Positions 45,612-54,459 of a DNA stretch of 64,000 bases are shown piece by piece. The translations under genes and the position numbers were made by a program. The first letter of the stretch is position 1, and every line of letters starts with the position of its first letter. The notes under the pieces are model-generated. The model saw only the letters and a list, made by a program, of their open reading frames with translations, searched no databases and was not told where the DNA came from. Location of the stretch: the IMG/VR virus record IMGVR_UViG_3300004255_000002, positions 1-64,000 of that record, one strand, 5' to 3'. This DNA is from a virus. Taxonomy: Duplodnaviria > Caudoviricetes.

Positions 45612-45890
45612 ATGAGTACAAGTATAGTTATAGGGCGTAAAAATGGCACCCTAGCAGATGTGACCCCAGTTGATGTTCCAGTTCACGAAATAGTCCCACC
45701 TATGACCGTCTTCGTGCGCAACGCGGCACCTTTTGCACACCAGATTGAGATATCTGTGGATGGTGGCTACGAGTTCTTCGAGCCTATCTACGACTTTGAA
45801 TCAGCAACACAGAAGGCGGTATCTGTAGGCACGCCTATTACCCATGTACGCTTTAGTGGCACCACAGATTCAGTGTGGGGCGTTCTTTAG
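45612..45890 (+). CDS. hypothetical protein
   Basis: 92-aa ORF with GAGGAG RBS. Confidence 0.7.
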   Translation: MSTSIVIGRKNGTLADVTPVDVPVHEIVPPMTVFVRNAAPFAHQIEISVDGGYEFFEPIYDFESATQKAVSVGTPITHVRFSGTTDSVWGVL

Positions 45891-45917
45891 TCTTAACTAA
45901 ATACATGGAGAATAATT

Positions 45918-46724
45918 ATGGCATTTCCAAATAAAGGCGCTGGCGGTGGTTTAGTAGATAAGGACTACGGCGACGTAACCGTATCTGAATCAGGTGGTGT
46001 AATGGTAGTGGATGATGATTCCATTACCTATGCAAAAGTACAGAACGTCTCAGCAGGTGATAGACTTCTAGGCCGTGCAACAGCAGGCGCAGGCGACATA
46101 GAAGAGATTCTGTGTTCAGCGGCAGGTCGTGCATTGTTAGACGATGCCAATGCAGGTGAGCAACGTAATACCCTAGGCTTAGGCTCAGCGGCTATTCATG
46201 CACATGGTGAGTATGCTACAGCGTCTCAAGGCGCTAAGGCTGATTCAGCTCTACAGTCAGCGGATATCGCTAACGTACTTAGAACCACTAATATTGGTAG
46301 CTCAGTACAGGCATACCATGCAAAGACAGCGCGTACCGACTTAGGTATGGCGTATGAAATGGGTAACTCTGGTCGTGTAGCTACAGTTGGTGACGGCTCA
46401 GGTGCTATCGCTATTGCGGCTGGTACTATCACGCTTGACTTAACGAAGGCTAGCTTCTTTGACCTTGGCGTATTGACAGCGGCGATAGCGTACACATTGG
46501 GTGCTCCTACAGGTCTGGCAGATGGTAAAAGCTTCAATGGCTGGATTAAAGCAACCCAACCAGCATCAGGTACACCACCTACATTGGCCTACCATGCAAC
46601 ATGGGACTTTGCAGGCGGCACAGCACCAGCCCTAAGCACACCAGCTAACTCTCAAGACTACCTAGACTTTAGCTCAGTCAATTCAACACGAGCACGCTTA
46701 GCCCTTGGTAAAGCTTGGTCTTAG
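45918..46724 (+). CDS. tail fibre protein
   Basis: ITYAK.QNV...RLLGR...G.GD.EE; C-terminal ..W..GTAP.LST...D domain. Confidence 0.7.
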   Translation: MAFPNKGAGGGLVDKDYGDVTVSESGGVMVVDDDSITYAKVQNVSAGDRLLGRATAGAGDIEEILCSAAGRALLDDANAGEQRNTLGLGSAAIHAHGEYATASQGAKADSALQSADIANVLRTTNIGSSVQAYHAKTARTDLGMAYEMGNSGRVATVGDGSGAIAIAAGTITLDLTKASFFDLGVLTAAIAYTLGAPTGLADGKSFNGWIKATQPASGTPPTLAYHATWDFAGGTAPALSTPANSQDYLDFSSVNSTRARLALGKAWS

Positions 46725-46754
46725 TCAATAGCTACTAAACAGGACACTAAAAAA

Positions 46755-47159
46755 ATGAGATACACATATAATGGAGTGGATGTCACAGCGGCAGGGTTCT
46801 TAGATGCCGAGGGTACTAACTACCCAGCTAACTGGGCACTACTAGCCTCACCAGAGGACAGAGCCCGTGTTGGGATTGTGGAGACAGAGGACCCAGTTGT
46901 TGAGGAGCCAACCCCACAGCCTAAAGTGCGGTTCTACCCTCTTGAGTTCTTGGAGCTCTTTACAGAGGCAGAGCAACTAGCAGTCGTATCAGCTACCTTG
47001 GCTAATGCACAGGTTAAGCTCTGGTATGACAAGATGCTAGGGGCTAGCTACGTGGATATCACTGACCCACGCACTACCTCTGGGCTAGAGGCATTGGTAG
47101 GTGCTGGTCTGTTAACAGAAGCGCGTAAGGTAGTTATCCTTACCCCAGTGACGGAGTAA
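46755..47159 (+). CDS. tail fibre assembly-like protein
   Basis: EFLELFT..EQ...D.TDP.T..GL..L...GLLT..R pattern. Confidence 0.65.
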   Translation: MRYTYNGVDVTAAGFLDAEGTNYPANWALLASPEDRARVGIVETEDPVVEEPTPQPKVRFYPLEFLELFTEAEQLAVVSATLANAQVKLWYDKMLGASYVDITDPRTTSGLEALVGAGLLTEARKVVILTPVTE

Positions 47160-47162
47160 GCC

Positions 47163-47480
47163 ATGAATAGACTAGCTTTAATAGTTGTATTCATTGGTTG
47201 CCAAGTGCTCCACATCATTGGCTCGGTATGGATGCTGTGTGCCATTGTGGTTAATTCAAACCGAGCATGGCGCATAGCTATCGGTCAAGACCAAGCATGT
47301 AACGCCGCTCTTGGTGGTGATGAGGATGAGACTATCTCTAGTAGGGCGTGGAGGTCTAGGGACAGAAGTAAGTTCTGGGCCAAGGCATACCGAGTGATAG
47401 ACTTTCTATTCCTACCTAGGGAGAAAGACCACTGCAAGAAGTCTTATGAGAAAGAGTTAAGAAAGCGGAGGTTCCTATGA
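47163..47480 (+). CDS. hypothetical membrane protein
   Basis: N-terminal hydrophobic helix; DQ..NA.LGGD.DETISSRA. Confidence 0.7.
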   Translation: MNRLALIVVFIGCQVLHIIGSVWMLCAIVVNSNRAWRIAIGQDQACNAALGGDEDETISSRAWRSRDRSKFWAKAYRVIDFLFLPREKDHCKKSYEKELRKRRFL

Positions 47481-48355
47481 TACCGGGGAGTTTCAATTCC
47501 ATGCAGTTGGCTAATGGGGTGGCAGGACAGCTCCCAGCGGGTCTTGTGTTGGATGTGGTACCTAATGCGAAGACTGCATTCTCTGCGGCTAGGCGGTTAC
47601 GTGCGGCGGCTACTTACATATTCATCGCGGCTCGTGGGGATTCCTCTAGTGTAGCTACTCAGACTATCGGCTTTACCAACGATGAAGTGAACGAGGCAGG
47701 ACTAACCAGCTTTATCTCATCTAGCACGAACGCCAGAATACGTGAGTGGGCTGACCAATCAGGTAATTCTATTCATGCTGACTCTGGTGATATCTGGGGA
47801 CTTGCAGGTACTATTTACAGAAGCTCAGCAGGGGGCTTAGTGAAGGTCGGCGGTAAACTAGCGCTACGCTTTGGTATTGACGCAACAGAGAACTACTACC
47901 TACCTGTAATCAGTAATGAGTTTGCCGCAATGACAGGTGAGTACACCTTCTTCATGGTAGGCAAACCGAATAACAACATTGCCCAGCTCGCAGGTACAGG
48001 GTCTGGTAATGGTGGCGCTAACTCTATTGCTCGTTTGGGTACAACTAGTCACATCATCGCTGACTCTGGTGGTTTCGATATCACTACCTCAGGTACCTCG
48101 ACTCAGTCCATACTGACAGCGTACAAGCGTGGTAGTGACCGTGAGATACGAGTGAACGGTGTGGCACAAAGCACTAACACCACAGTGTCTACTCGTAACT
48201 TGGGTATTAATCGTATTGGTAGTAGTCCGTACTTTACGCCAGTCGTTTACCATGACGGCACCATCTCAGAGGTTATCTTCTATGACCGCGGCTTAAGCGA
48301 TTCAGAGATAGCGTTCGTTGAGGCTAATATGAAAGCGTTCTACGGTATCGCATAG
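47477..48355 (+). CDS. LamG/concanavalin-like domain protein, candidate receptor-binding protein
   Basis: A.S.RRL, W.DQSGN..HA, G.ISEVI.Y...LS..E....E. Confidence 0.7.
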   Translation: MIPGSFNSMQLANGVAGQLPAGLVLDVVPNAKTAFSAARRLRAAATYIFIAARGDSSSVATQTIGFTNDEVNEAGLTSFISSSTNARIREWADQSGNSIHADSGDIWGLAGTIYRSSAGGLVKVGGKLALRFGIDATENYYLPVISNEFAAMTGEYTFFMVGKPNNNIAQLAGTGSGNGGANSIARLGTTSHIIADSGGFDITTSGTSTQSILTAYKRGSDREIRVNGVAQSTNTTVSTRNLGINRIGSSPYFTPVVYHDGTISEVIFYDRGLSDSEIAFVEANMKAFYGIA

Positions 48356-48360
48356 TAGTT

Positions 48361-48374
48361 TGCAGTTAATTGCA
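48361..48374. repeat. TGCA-box copy (TGCAGTTAATTGCA), intergenic before lysis cassette
   Basis: read directly. Confidence 0.85.
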
Positions 48375-48377
48375 CAC

Positions 48378-48407
48378 GATACGGCCTGCTTATTTGTGGG
48401 TCGTATC
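48378..48407 (+). terminator. 12-bp RNA hairpin, probable terminator
   Basis: GATACGGCCTGC-TTATTT-GTGGGTCGTATC with 3 G-U pairs; weak U tract. Confidence 0.6.
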
Positions 48408-48482
48408 CATTCTTGTGGGTGTATTAGTACAGTAGTTCTTCTTATGTAGTGAAAGTTACGGTTATAATGGCCTAACGAAAAT

Positions 48483-48496
48483 TGCAACTAATTGCA
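48483..48496. repeat. TGCA-box copy (TGCAACTAATTGCA), upstream of lysis cassette
   Basis: read directly. Confidence 0.8.
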
Positions 48497-48519
48497 CTAA
48501 TAAAAACAGGAGAAGTGTT

Positions 48520-48915
48520 GTGTCTGAGAATAACCGTAGAGTGACTGATGATGCCAATGACGAAATAAGTCAGTTAATTCGTCAAGAGAATGACCCAGAG
48601 CGTCGCGCCTTCTTGCTTATCCTGCAAAACATTAATCTATCGCTGGCGTCCAATACGACCACGGTCAATGAAATCGACACCCAGCTTAAGCAACACCTTA
48701 TTGAGTTCCGTACCACCACCGATGCACAAGAAGCCCTCCTGAATAAAGGTCGTGGCGTTTGGAAGTTCGCAGGCGTGGTATTAGGTATAGCACAGAGCGC
48801 AGTAGTGGGTATGGTCATATACGGCTTCACAGAGCTACGTAGCCTGCACGAAGAAGACATCCGCCTCAGCACCCGCTTAACCATTCAAGAAACAATCAAT
48901 AAGGGCAAGCCATGA
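48520..48915 (+). CDS. holin/antiholin-like membrane protein
   Basis: GTG start, AGGAG RBS; coiled coil plus one TM segment; precedes endolysin. Confidence 0.55.
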   Translation: MSENNRRVTDDANDEISQLIRQENDPERRAFLLILQNINLSLASNTTTVNEIDTQLKQHLIEFRTTTDAQEALLNKGRGVWKFAGVVLGIAQSAVVGMVIYGFTELRSLHEEDIRLSTRLTIQETINKGKP

Positions 48916-49316
48916 ACCTCAAACTGATTCGTAAAGACTTTACCAACAACTCCACCATAGGCGAGCTATTCGTGGACGGTGTGTTTGAATGCTATGTGTT
49001 GGAAGACGTGGTACGTTTACCTCATATCAAGGTAGCAGGCGAGACCGCTATCCCTTATGGTACTTATCCTGTCATCATCGACTTTAGTAATCGCTTCCAA
49101 AAGCTTATGCCATTGTTATTGAACGTGCCCAACTTCGCGGGTGTACGCATCCACAAAGGCAACACCAAGGCGGACACAGACGGTTGCTTACTGCTAGGTA
49201 CAACCAAAGGTAAAGACATCGTGGGTGGTAGCAAGATAGCCTATGATGCATTCTTTAAAAAGCTCACAGCGGCCTACAAGAAGGAAAAGGTCACGATTGA
49301 AATAGTGGAGAGCTAA
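48912..49316 (+). CDS. putative endolysin (DUF5675 / YkuD-like)
   Basis: STIGEL...C..LED, IP.GTY, RIHKGNT...TDGCLL.G; sits in lysis cassette. Confidence 0.7.
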   Translation: MNLKLIRKDFTNNSTIGELFVDGVFECYVLEDVVRLPHIKVAGETAIPYGTYPVIIDFSNRFQKLMPLLLNVPNFAGVRIHKGNTKADTDGCLLLGTTKGKDIVGGSKIAYDAFFKKLTAAYKKEKVTIEIVES

Positions 49317-49320
49317 TGCC

Positions 49321-49611
49321 ATGCAGAAGCCTAATACCATCTCGTGTTTCTGGGACTGGATTGATTGCCGTAATGTAGTTAGTCGGATTGTCCTAGGTAT
49401 CACTGTGTGGATGACGTGGCGTGCCTTCCTGTGGGCTGGGGACTTCGCCCAGATGTCATTGAACCACCCAAGCCCATCAAGCGGCTTAGAGGCCTCTACA
49501 ATGATTGCCGCAGTGACCGCACCGATTGCCGCATTACAAGGGTACATCTTTAAAGTGTATGCAGATGTACGTACTAAAGACAAAGCATCAGCGAAAGAGG
49601 AAGCAGAATGA
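49321..49611 (+). CDS. holin
   Basis: two TM segments; charged C-terminus. Confidence 0.65.
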   Translation: MQKPNTISCFWDWIDCRNVVSRIVLGITVWMTWRAFLWAGDFAQMSLNHPSPSSGLEASTMIAAVTAPIAALQGYIFKVYADVRTKDKASAKEEAE

Positions 49612-50024
49612 ATCCAATTAGCGTAGGCGCGTGGCTAGCAAACAATAAGGGCAAGCTAGGAATTGCTCTGGTGGTTCTGCTATTGACTGTGTACATCGGT
49701 ACTCTGCATTACAGTATCTACAGCAAGGGCAAGCAAATCAAAGAGCTGGACGCCAAAGTAGTAGAGCTTAAGGCCGACCTCCTAACAGAGAAAGGTAAAG
49801 TGAAAGTACTTGAGACCAAGCTAAGCGCTATGGTGGTGGCTGGTCAGAAGGCTATTGAGAATGCGCAAGTATGGAAACAGCTTTACGAAGGCGCTAGTAA
49901 GAAGTACGATAAAAACATAGCCGCTATAACCCAATGGAAGAAAAAAGATAATGAGACAGATTGCCAAGCTACTAGTCGTTTGCTTCATGACTATTCTGCT
50001 AACCGCGTGCCACTTATTCAGTAA
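49608..50024 (+). CDS. inner-membrane spanin (Rz-like)
   Basis: N-terminal TM followed by coiled coil. Confidence 0.75.
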   Translation: MNPISVGAWLANNKGKLGIALVVLLLTVYIGTLHYSIYSKGKQIKELDAKVVELKADLLTEKGKVKVLETKLSAMVVAGQKAIENAQVWKQLYEGASKKYDKNIAAITQWKKKDNETDCQATSRLLHDYSANRVPLIQ

Positions 50025-50238
50025 GCCAGACCCAGAGGTTATCTACGTAGACGTGCCGACCCCAGTGTCATGCGTAACGTGGGAGCCAGAGGTACCTGTG
50101 TCTGCGTACGAAACACTTATACGACCCGCCCAGATGTGGCAGGAAGTCAAAGCCTTACTAGTGGATAGGGAGTCCTCTAAAAAGCTGGTAGAAGGCCAGC
50201 GCAGTGTGATAGAAGGATGCAAGCTCCCAAACCCCTGA
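49951..50238 (+). CDS. outer-membrane spanin (Rz1-like lipoprotein)
   Basis: signal peptide with LTAC lipobox; Pro-rich; overlaps i-spanin 3' end. Confidence 0.8.
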   Translation: MRQIAKLLVVCFMTILLTACHLFSKPDPEVIYVDVPTPVSCVTWEPEVPVSAYETLIRPAQMWQEVKALLVDRESSKKLVEGQRSVIEGCKLPNP

Positions 50239-50270
50239 GTAGTTACCGTTCTCGTGCCGTGCCTCGCCCT

Positions 50271-50298
50271 GACCCACCTAAGACGTGGGTCTCTTTTT
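50271..50298 (+). terminator. rho-independent terminator after lysis genes
   Basis: GACCCAC/GTGGGTC plus TCTTTTT. Confidence 0.75.
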
Positions 50299-50299
50299 G

Positions 50300-50313
50300 T
50301 GCAATCAATTGCA
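50300..50313. repeat. TGCA-box copy (TGCAATCAATTGCA), 10 bp upstream of promoter
   Basis: read directly. Confidence 0.8.
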
Positions 50314-50323
50314 AATACATTGC

Positions 50324-50351
50324 TTGACAAATTATACCAATCTGCTATTAT
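50324..50351 (+). promoter_or_regulatory. early-class promoter
   Basis: TTGACA-16bp-TATTAT with TG. Confidence 0.85.
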
Positions 50352-50368
50352 GAACATATACCAAATGA

Positions 50369-50382
50369 TGCCATGGAGGGCA
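50369..50382 (+). promoter_or_regulatory. SD hairpin, CsrA/RsmA-type site
   Basis: TGCC-ATGGAG-GGCA. Confidence 0.75.
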
Positions 50383-50384
50383 GT

Positions 50385-51041
50385 ATGAAAAAGGTAATCC
50401 CAATAGTCGCAGTCGGCGGCGCAACACCCTTGCCTAGTGAAGCAGAGCTAGAAGCAAGCATCCAACTTAACCTTAGACGCTTAAAACCGTCAGTCCCAGA
50501 GATACAACGCCTATTGCACGAAGAACTACGTGACACGGTGCACATGGAAGCCACTCAGCACGTTAAGAATGGTCGTCTATTGGAAGCCATCAATAAGATT
50601 AGTGCGCTCATGGAACCAGCCGTAGCATGCGGCAAAGGGTGCTCACACTGCTGTCATATGGCTGTAGGTATCTCAGCGTGGGAGGCAGAGCAAATCGGTA
50701 AGTACATCGGTATCAAGCCAGCCAACCCACCAGCCATCACGATAGAGAACGCCTTGGAGGTTCAAGAGGCCTCAATTCAGAAGTACATGGGTAAAACCTG
50801 CCCGTTCCTACAGAACAATGAATGCTCTATCTACGAGGTAAGGCCGTTCGCATGCCGTACCAACTTCAATATCTCGGCGTACCCTCAACAGTGCAACCTG
50901 TTTGAGCACCCGCAAGCAACGGTACCAAACTTCGACTTAAGCAACTTATGGACGGCTTCTGCTGTCATTAATTCTGACCCGCCTGTATTTGGCGACCTGC
51001 GTCAGTTCTTTCCAATGGACCAATATGGAGCGTTCAAATGA
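50385..51041 (+). CDS. YkgJ/FliB-like cysteine-cluster (Fe-S/Zn) protein
   Basis: C..GCSHCC, CPFL....CSIY..RP..CR; start moved to 50385. Confidence 0.8.
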   Translation: MKKVIPIVAVGGATPLPSEAELEASIQLNLRRLKPSVPEIQRLLHEELRDTVHMEATQHVKNGRLLEAINKISALMEPAVACGKGCSHCCHMAVGISAWEAEQIGKYIGIKPANPPAITIENALEVQEASIQKYMGKTCPFLQNNECSIYEVRPFACRTNFNISAYPQQCNLFEHPQATVPNFDLSNLWTASAVINSDPPVFGDLRQFFPMDQYGAFK

Positions 51042-51286
51042 CCAAACACACGAAAACCGTCATGAAGGTGCAACGACCTTTAAGTAGCAATGTAGAAAAC
51101 CCGCTATGCTTGTTCTACAACCAAGACAGAAGCATCCTATTTGAGTACCCGATGACAGATGACCTGCGTGTACTGTTCGGTCCGTACCATAAGGTGTACT
51201 GCGTGGTTACGCTTATTCCCGACCCTGTGGTTGAGGGTGGGTTCAGTGTGGAGATTGGTAACCTCGTGGACTACCAGCCTTGGTAA
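51038..51286 (+). CDS. hypothetical protein
   Basis: 82-aa ORF with ATGA overlap. Confidence 0.7.
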   Translation: MTKHTKTVMKVQRPLSSNVENPLCLFYNQDRSILFEYPMTDDLRVLFGPYHKVYCVVTLIPDPVVEGGFSVEIGNLVDYQPW

Positions 51287-51340
51287 AGACAAAGTAAAGA
51301 GACAGGCCTATACTAGTAGGTCTGATACATCAATCAGGAG

Positions 51341-51733
51341 ATGAAAATGAGTGCCGAACAAACAGAAGTCCAAGTACTAAGCCATACCATTAAGACCATG
51401 GTAGAAATACTAGACAACGAGTTAGACCATACCAAACCAGACGGGGATATGGCGCACCCAGCTAATCATTCCTGCCTCAAGCACATCAAAGCCTCATATG
51501 AGCAACTACTAAACTCCCCACCAGTAATCCTACAGCCGTGTTTGCTCAAGCTACAGCGTGAGAGCCTTATCAAAGAGATAGCGAACTACGACAGAGCCCA
51601 CCTTCCAAGTGTGGTACAGAAGCTGGTTAATGAGGCTATCCACGAAGACCGCACCAAGACTGCGGAGCGTGTAAAGCAGTGGATAGACAACGATGCGAAG
51701 AAGTCTATATTCGATATAATTCTTGACAAATAA
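51341..51733 (+). CDS. hypothetical protein
   Basis: 130-aa ORF with AGGAG RBS. Confidence 0.7.
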   Translation: MKMSAEQTEVQVLSHTIKTMVEILDNELDHTKPDGDMAHPANHSCLKHIKASYEQLLNSPPVILQPCLLKLQRESLIKEIANYDRAHLPSVVQKLVNEAIHEDRTKTAERVKQWIDNDAKKSIFDIILDK

Positions 51734-51750
51734 AATGAATCTGCTATTAT
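51723..51750 (+). promoter_or_regulatory. early-class promoter
   Basis: TTGACA-16bp-TATTAT with TG. Confidence 0.85.
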
Positions 51751-51796
51751 GAACAGGTAGCAAAAATTATCAAACACTCTATGGATGGAGACCCAA

Positions 51797-52999
51797 ATGG
51801 AATACCTAAAACTGGCTATTAAGACAGGCCTACCCCTCATACATCTACGCACTGATGACATTCTGAACGTAGAGAAAATCTTAAGTTATATCGCTGGCGA
51901 ACCAGTAAAGCCCCTACAAGTACCAGAAACCATAGTGAAGACCGCAGACCTCAAAGTACCCGAAGGTCGCGTGTTCTTTACTAGCGCAGAATGCAAGTCG
52001 TTAGTGAAGTTGTATAACTGGTGCGAAGACGAGGGCAAGACAATCATTTTCGTCAACACTGATAAGTCTGTCCTACATTACGATGGCAATACCTTAGTCA
52101 CCCCGAAAGAGCTGATTATTGAGTTGTTAAGTGATGTAGTAGAAGACCCAGAATCATTGGTGCCGTCATTCGCTGGCTTGACTTTAAAAGACGTGGGTGA
52201 GATGGCGCAACTAACCATGACCCGTGATGAAACACTTACTGTACGCGGTATCACTGAAACCCGCCGTAGCTACAATAACCTTAAAGGCATCCAGCAAGTC
52301 GATACCAACCTAGACTACTACGTATGCCCAGTCTACCTAGATAAGTGGATGAAAGAGAACTCCAAGTTCTTTACCGAAGCGAAGCACCCTAGCCTTATCC
52401 CTCGTGGTTTGCTATTCGATGGCCCACCGGGTACGGGTAAGACCCTTGCGAGTAAATACATCGCAAATAAACTAGGTGTGCCGTTATATCGCCTAGACCT
52501 AGGTGCCATGATGGGCAAATACGTAGGCGACAGTGAGAGTGCTCTGAACTCAGCGCTAGCCCAGATTGATAGCGTAAGTCCAAGTACAATTATTTTGGAC
52601 GAAGTGGAGAAGGTATTCCAAAGCCAAGGGGATAGCGGTGTGACCTCACGCTTATTGAGCCAACTATTATGGTGGCTACAAGAGCATAAAAGCCGCTCAT
52701 TCGTGGTGATGACTACCAATGACATTACCCGCATTCCTGAGGAGCTCTACCGTGAGGGTCGTATCGACGGCACCATGGAGTTCCTAGGTATTGATTCTGT
52801 AGAGGCTGGTATGGAGTTCGGTAAGAATGCATTCATCCAGTTGGCTAATGAAGTCGGTATCAATACCCAACCAGAAAGCTTTAGTTCCCTTAACAAACGT
52901 ATTAAGCGCTTATTCACAGACAGCGACCATGTACCGCAAGCAAAGATTGTACAAGAGGTTCGTGGCTTAGTTCGTGAAATTAGCGTGGAGGAGGCATAA
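51797..52999 (+). CDS. AAA+ ATPase (Ycf46-like)
   Basis: GPPGTGKT, ILDEVEK, TTND, R.GRID; start 51785 or 51797. Confidence 0.85.
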   Translation: MEYLKLAIKTGLPLIHLRTDDILNVEKILSYIAGEPVKPLQVPETIVKTADLKVPEGRVFFTSAECKSLVKLYNWCEDEGKTIIFVNTDKSVLHYDGNTLVTPKELIIELLSDVVEDPESLVPSFAGLTLKDVGEMAQLTMTRDETLTVRGITETRRSYNNLKGIQQVDTNLDYYVCPVYLDKWMKENSKFFTEAKHPSLIPRGLLFDGPPGTGKTLASKYIANKLGVPLYRLDLGAMMGKYVGDSESALNSALAQIDSVSPSTIILDEVEKVFQSQGDSGVTSRLLSQLLWWLQEHKSRSFVVMTTNDITRIPEELYREGRIDGTMEFLGIDSVEAGMEFGKNAFIQLANEVGINTQPESFSSLNKRIKRLFTDSDHVPQAKIVQEVRGLVREISVEEA

Positions 53000-53622
53000 T
53001 GAGTTTCGCATATAAAGCTAATGTTCACTTTCCTAATGTGCAATGGACAGGCGAGTCTAATATCCACGTATCTCAGGCTAAGTATGGCGTCCTTCCAGCC
53101 TCTGCTGATACTTGGCAGAAGGTCTTATCCCTGATTAGCCGTGGTGACTTTGGTCGCCATATCTACCGCTATCTTACTGGTACCTTTACTGGTATTGAGT
53201 GGTTGGTGAATGAGGAGGAGTTCGTCACTCTATTCCTCGTGGATATGTACCGCCACTTACGGGGTATGAAGGACACCCAGAACGAAACCAAGCTACAGAA
53301 CCCTTACACTGGTAATGTGTTTCACCGTATTGGCTTAATCGGCAATATCGTGACAGGCATCCGCTTCTGGGTTGGTAATCAAGAGCATGATGATACTGGC
53401 CTTGGATTAGAGGGCGGAGGCTATGAGGTAGGGTACCGCTTCCGTATTGAGCACCTTGCTGACGATGAAGAGGAACACACCCGCGTCCGTGCCCGTGAGA
53501 TTGTCGAAGAGGCCAACGAAATGATTGAGATGGTGATGGACTCATTCATGGAGATTCAAGAGCCGACTAAAGAAGTGCTTAACCAATTGGTTGAGTTTGA
53601 GAAACAACTGGAGATTATGTAA
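52999..53622 (+). CDS. hypothetical protein
   Basis: 207 aa; TAATG coupled. Confidence 0.75.
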   Translation: MSFAYKANVHFPNVQWTGESNIHVSQAKYGVLPASADTWQKVLSLISRGDFGRHIYRYLTGTFTGIEWLVNEEEFVTLFLVDMYRHLRGMKDTQNETKLQNPYTGNVFHRIGLIGNIVTGIRFWVGNQEHDDTGLGLEGGGYEVGYRFRIEHLADDEEEHTRVRAREIVEEANEMIEMVMDSFMEIQEPTKEVLNQLVEFEKQLEIM

Positions 53623-54182
53623 TGAAAGAGCTAATGGAAGTAGATATTAATAAGAGCACAGGTAGTGTGTTCTATCGTATCGGCACGAATGACGAGTTCT
53701 CTGTCTCGGTGCGGTTATGGAAAGGTATCTCAGAGCAACCTAACACTACTTTATTAGGGTTTCGTGTTCGGGTTACTCTGCATGATAATCTCCCTCAGCC
53801 TATCTCCATGGTGGGTCTGCTTAAAGACCGATTCCCTAAGGTGAAAATGTGGACAGGTACATCAGGTCGCCACGGTTCGGTGGCTGGACTACTGACTATC
53901 CCTGTTAATCAATACAATGCACCTTTAGTTCTAGCTAAGATACACGAAGAGGAGCTCATGGCTAAGCTCTGGGAGACGCTAATCCGTGACCTTGATACCT
54001 TCGTATACAACGTGGACAAAGAACAGTTTGTAGCGCTTATGACAGAGATTGCAAAAGAAGAACTACAGGCAGGTATCTTACCTAACGCACAGGGAGCAGT
54101 AGTATTAGACTTTGCATCCCACAAGGTCAAGTACCTAGGTGGCAAGGAAGTAGACACCGCTACGGAAGACAACCATGAGTGA
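53622..54182 (+). CDS. hypothetical protein
   Basis: 186 aa; TAATG coupled. Confidence 0.75.
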   Translation: MKELMEVDINKSTGSVFYRIGTNDEFSVSVRLWKGISEQPNTTLLGFRVRVTLHDNLPQPISMVGLLKDRFPKVKMWTGTSGRHGSVAGLLTIPVNQYNAPLVLAKIHEEELMAKLWETLIRDLDTFVYNVDKEQFVALMTEIAKEELQAGILPNAQGAVVLDFASHKVKYLGGKEVDTATEDNHE

Positions 54183-54459
54183 TACCTTGGTAGTCCATAC
54201 TAACGATGAGCACCAGATGCTTGGAGACCAAATGGGCTTGCCTATGTCTCCCTCTGATGTTGTTCTTCTGTTAGAGAAGTGCTTAGCCCACCTAAGCCTG
54301 TCTAAAGAGGTGATGTTCTTTCGCGGGTACGAAATGCTTAAGGCCAATGCAGGTACGATGCGTGAGCAGTTAGATGAGTCCTATATTGTCAACGGCTACG
54401 AAGAGGCAATGACTAAGCGTGACGAATTGTTGCGGGAGTTTGGCAAATGCTTGAAGTAA
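54175..54459 (+). CDS. hypothetical protein
   Basis: 94-aa ORF. Confidence 0.65.
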   Translation: MSDTLVVHTNDEHQMLGDQMGLPMSPSDVVLLLEKCLAHLSLSKEVMFFRGYEMLKANAGTMREQLDESYIVNGYEEAMTKRDELLREFGKCLK

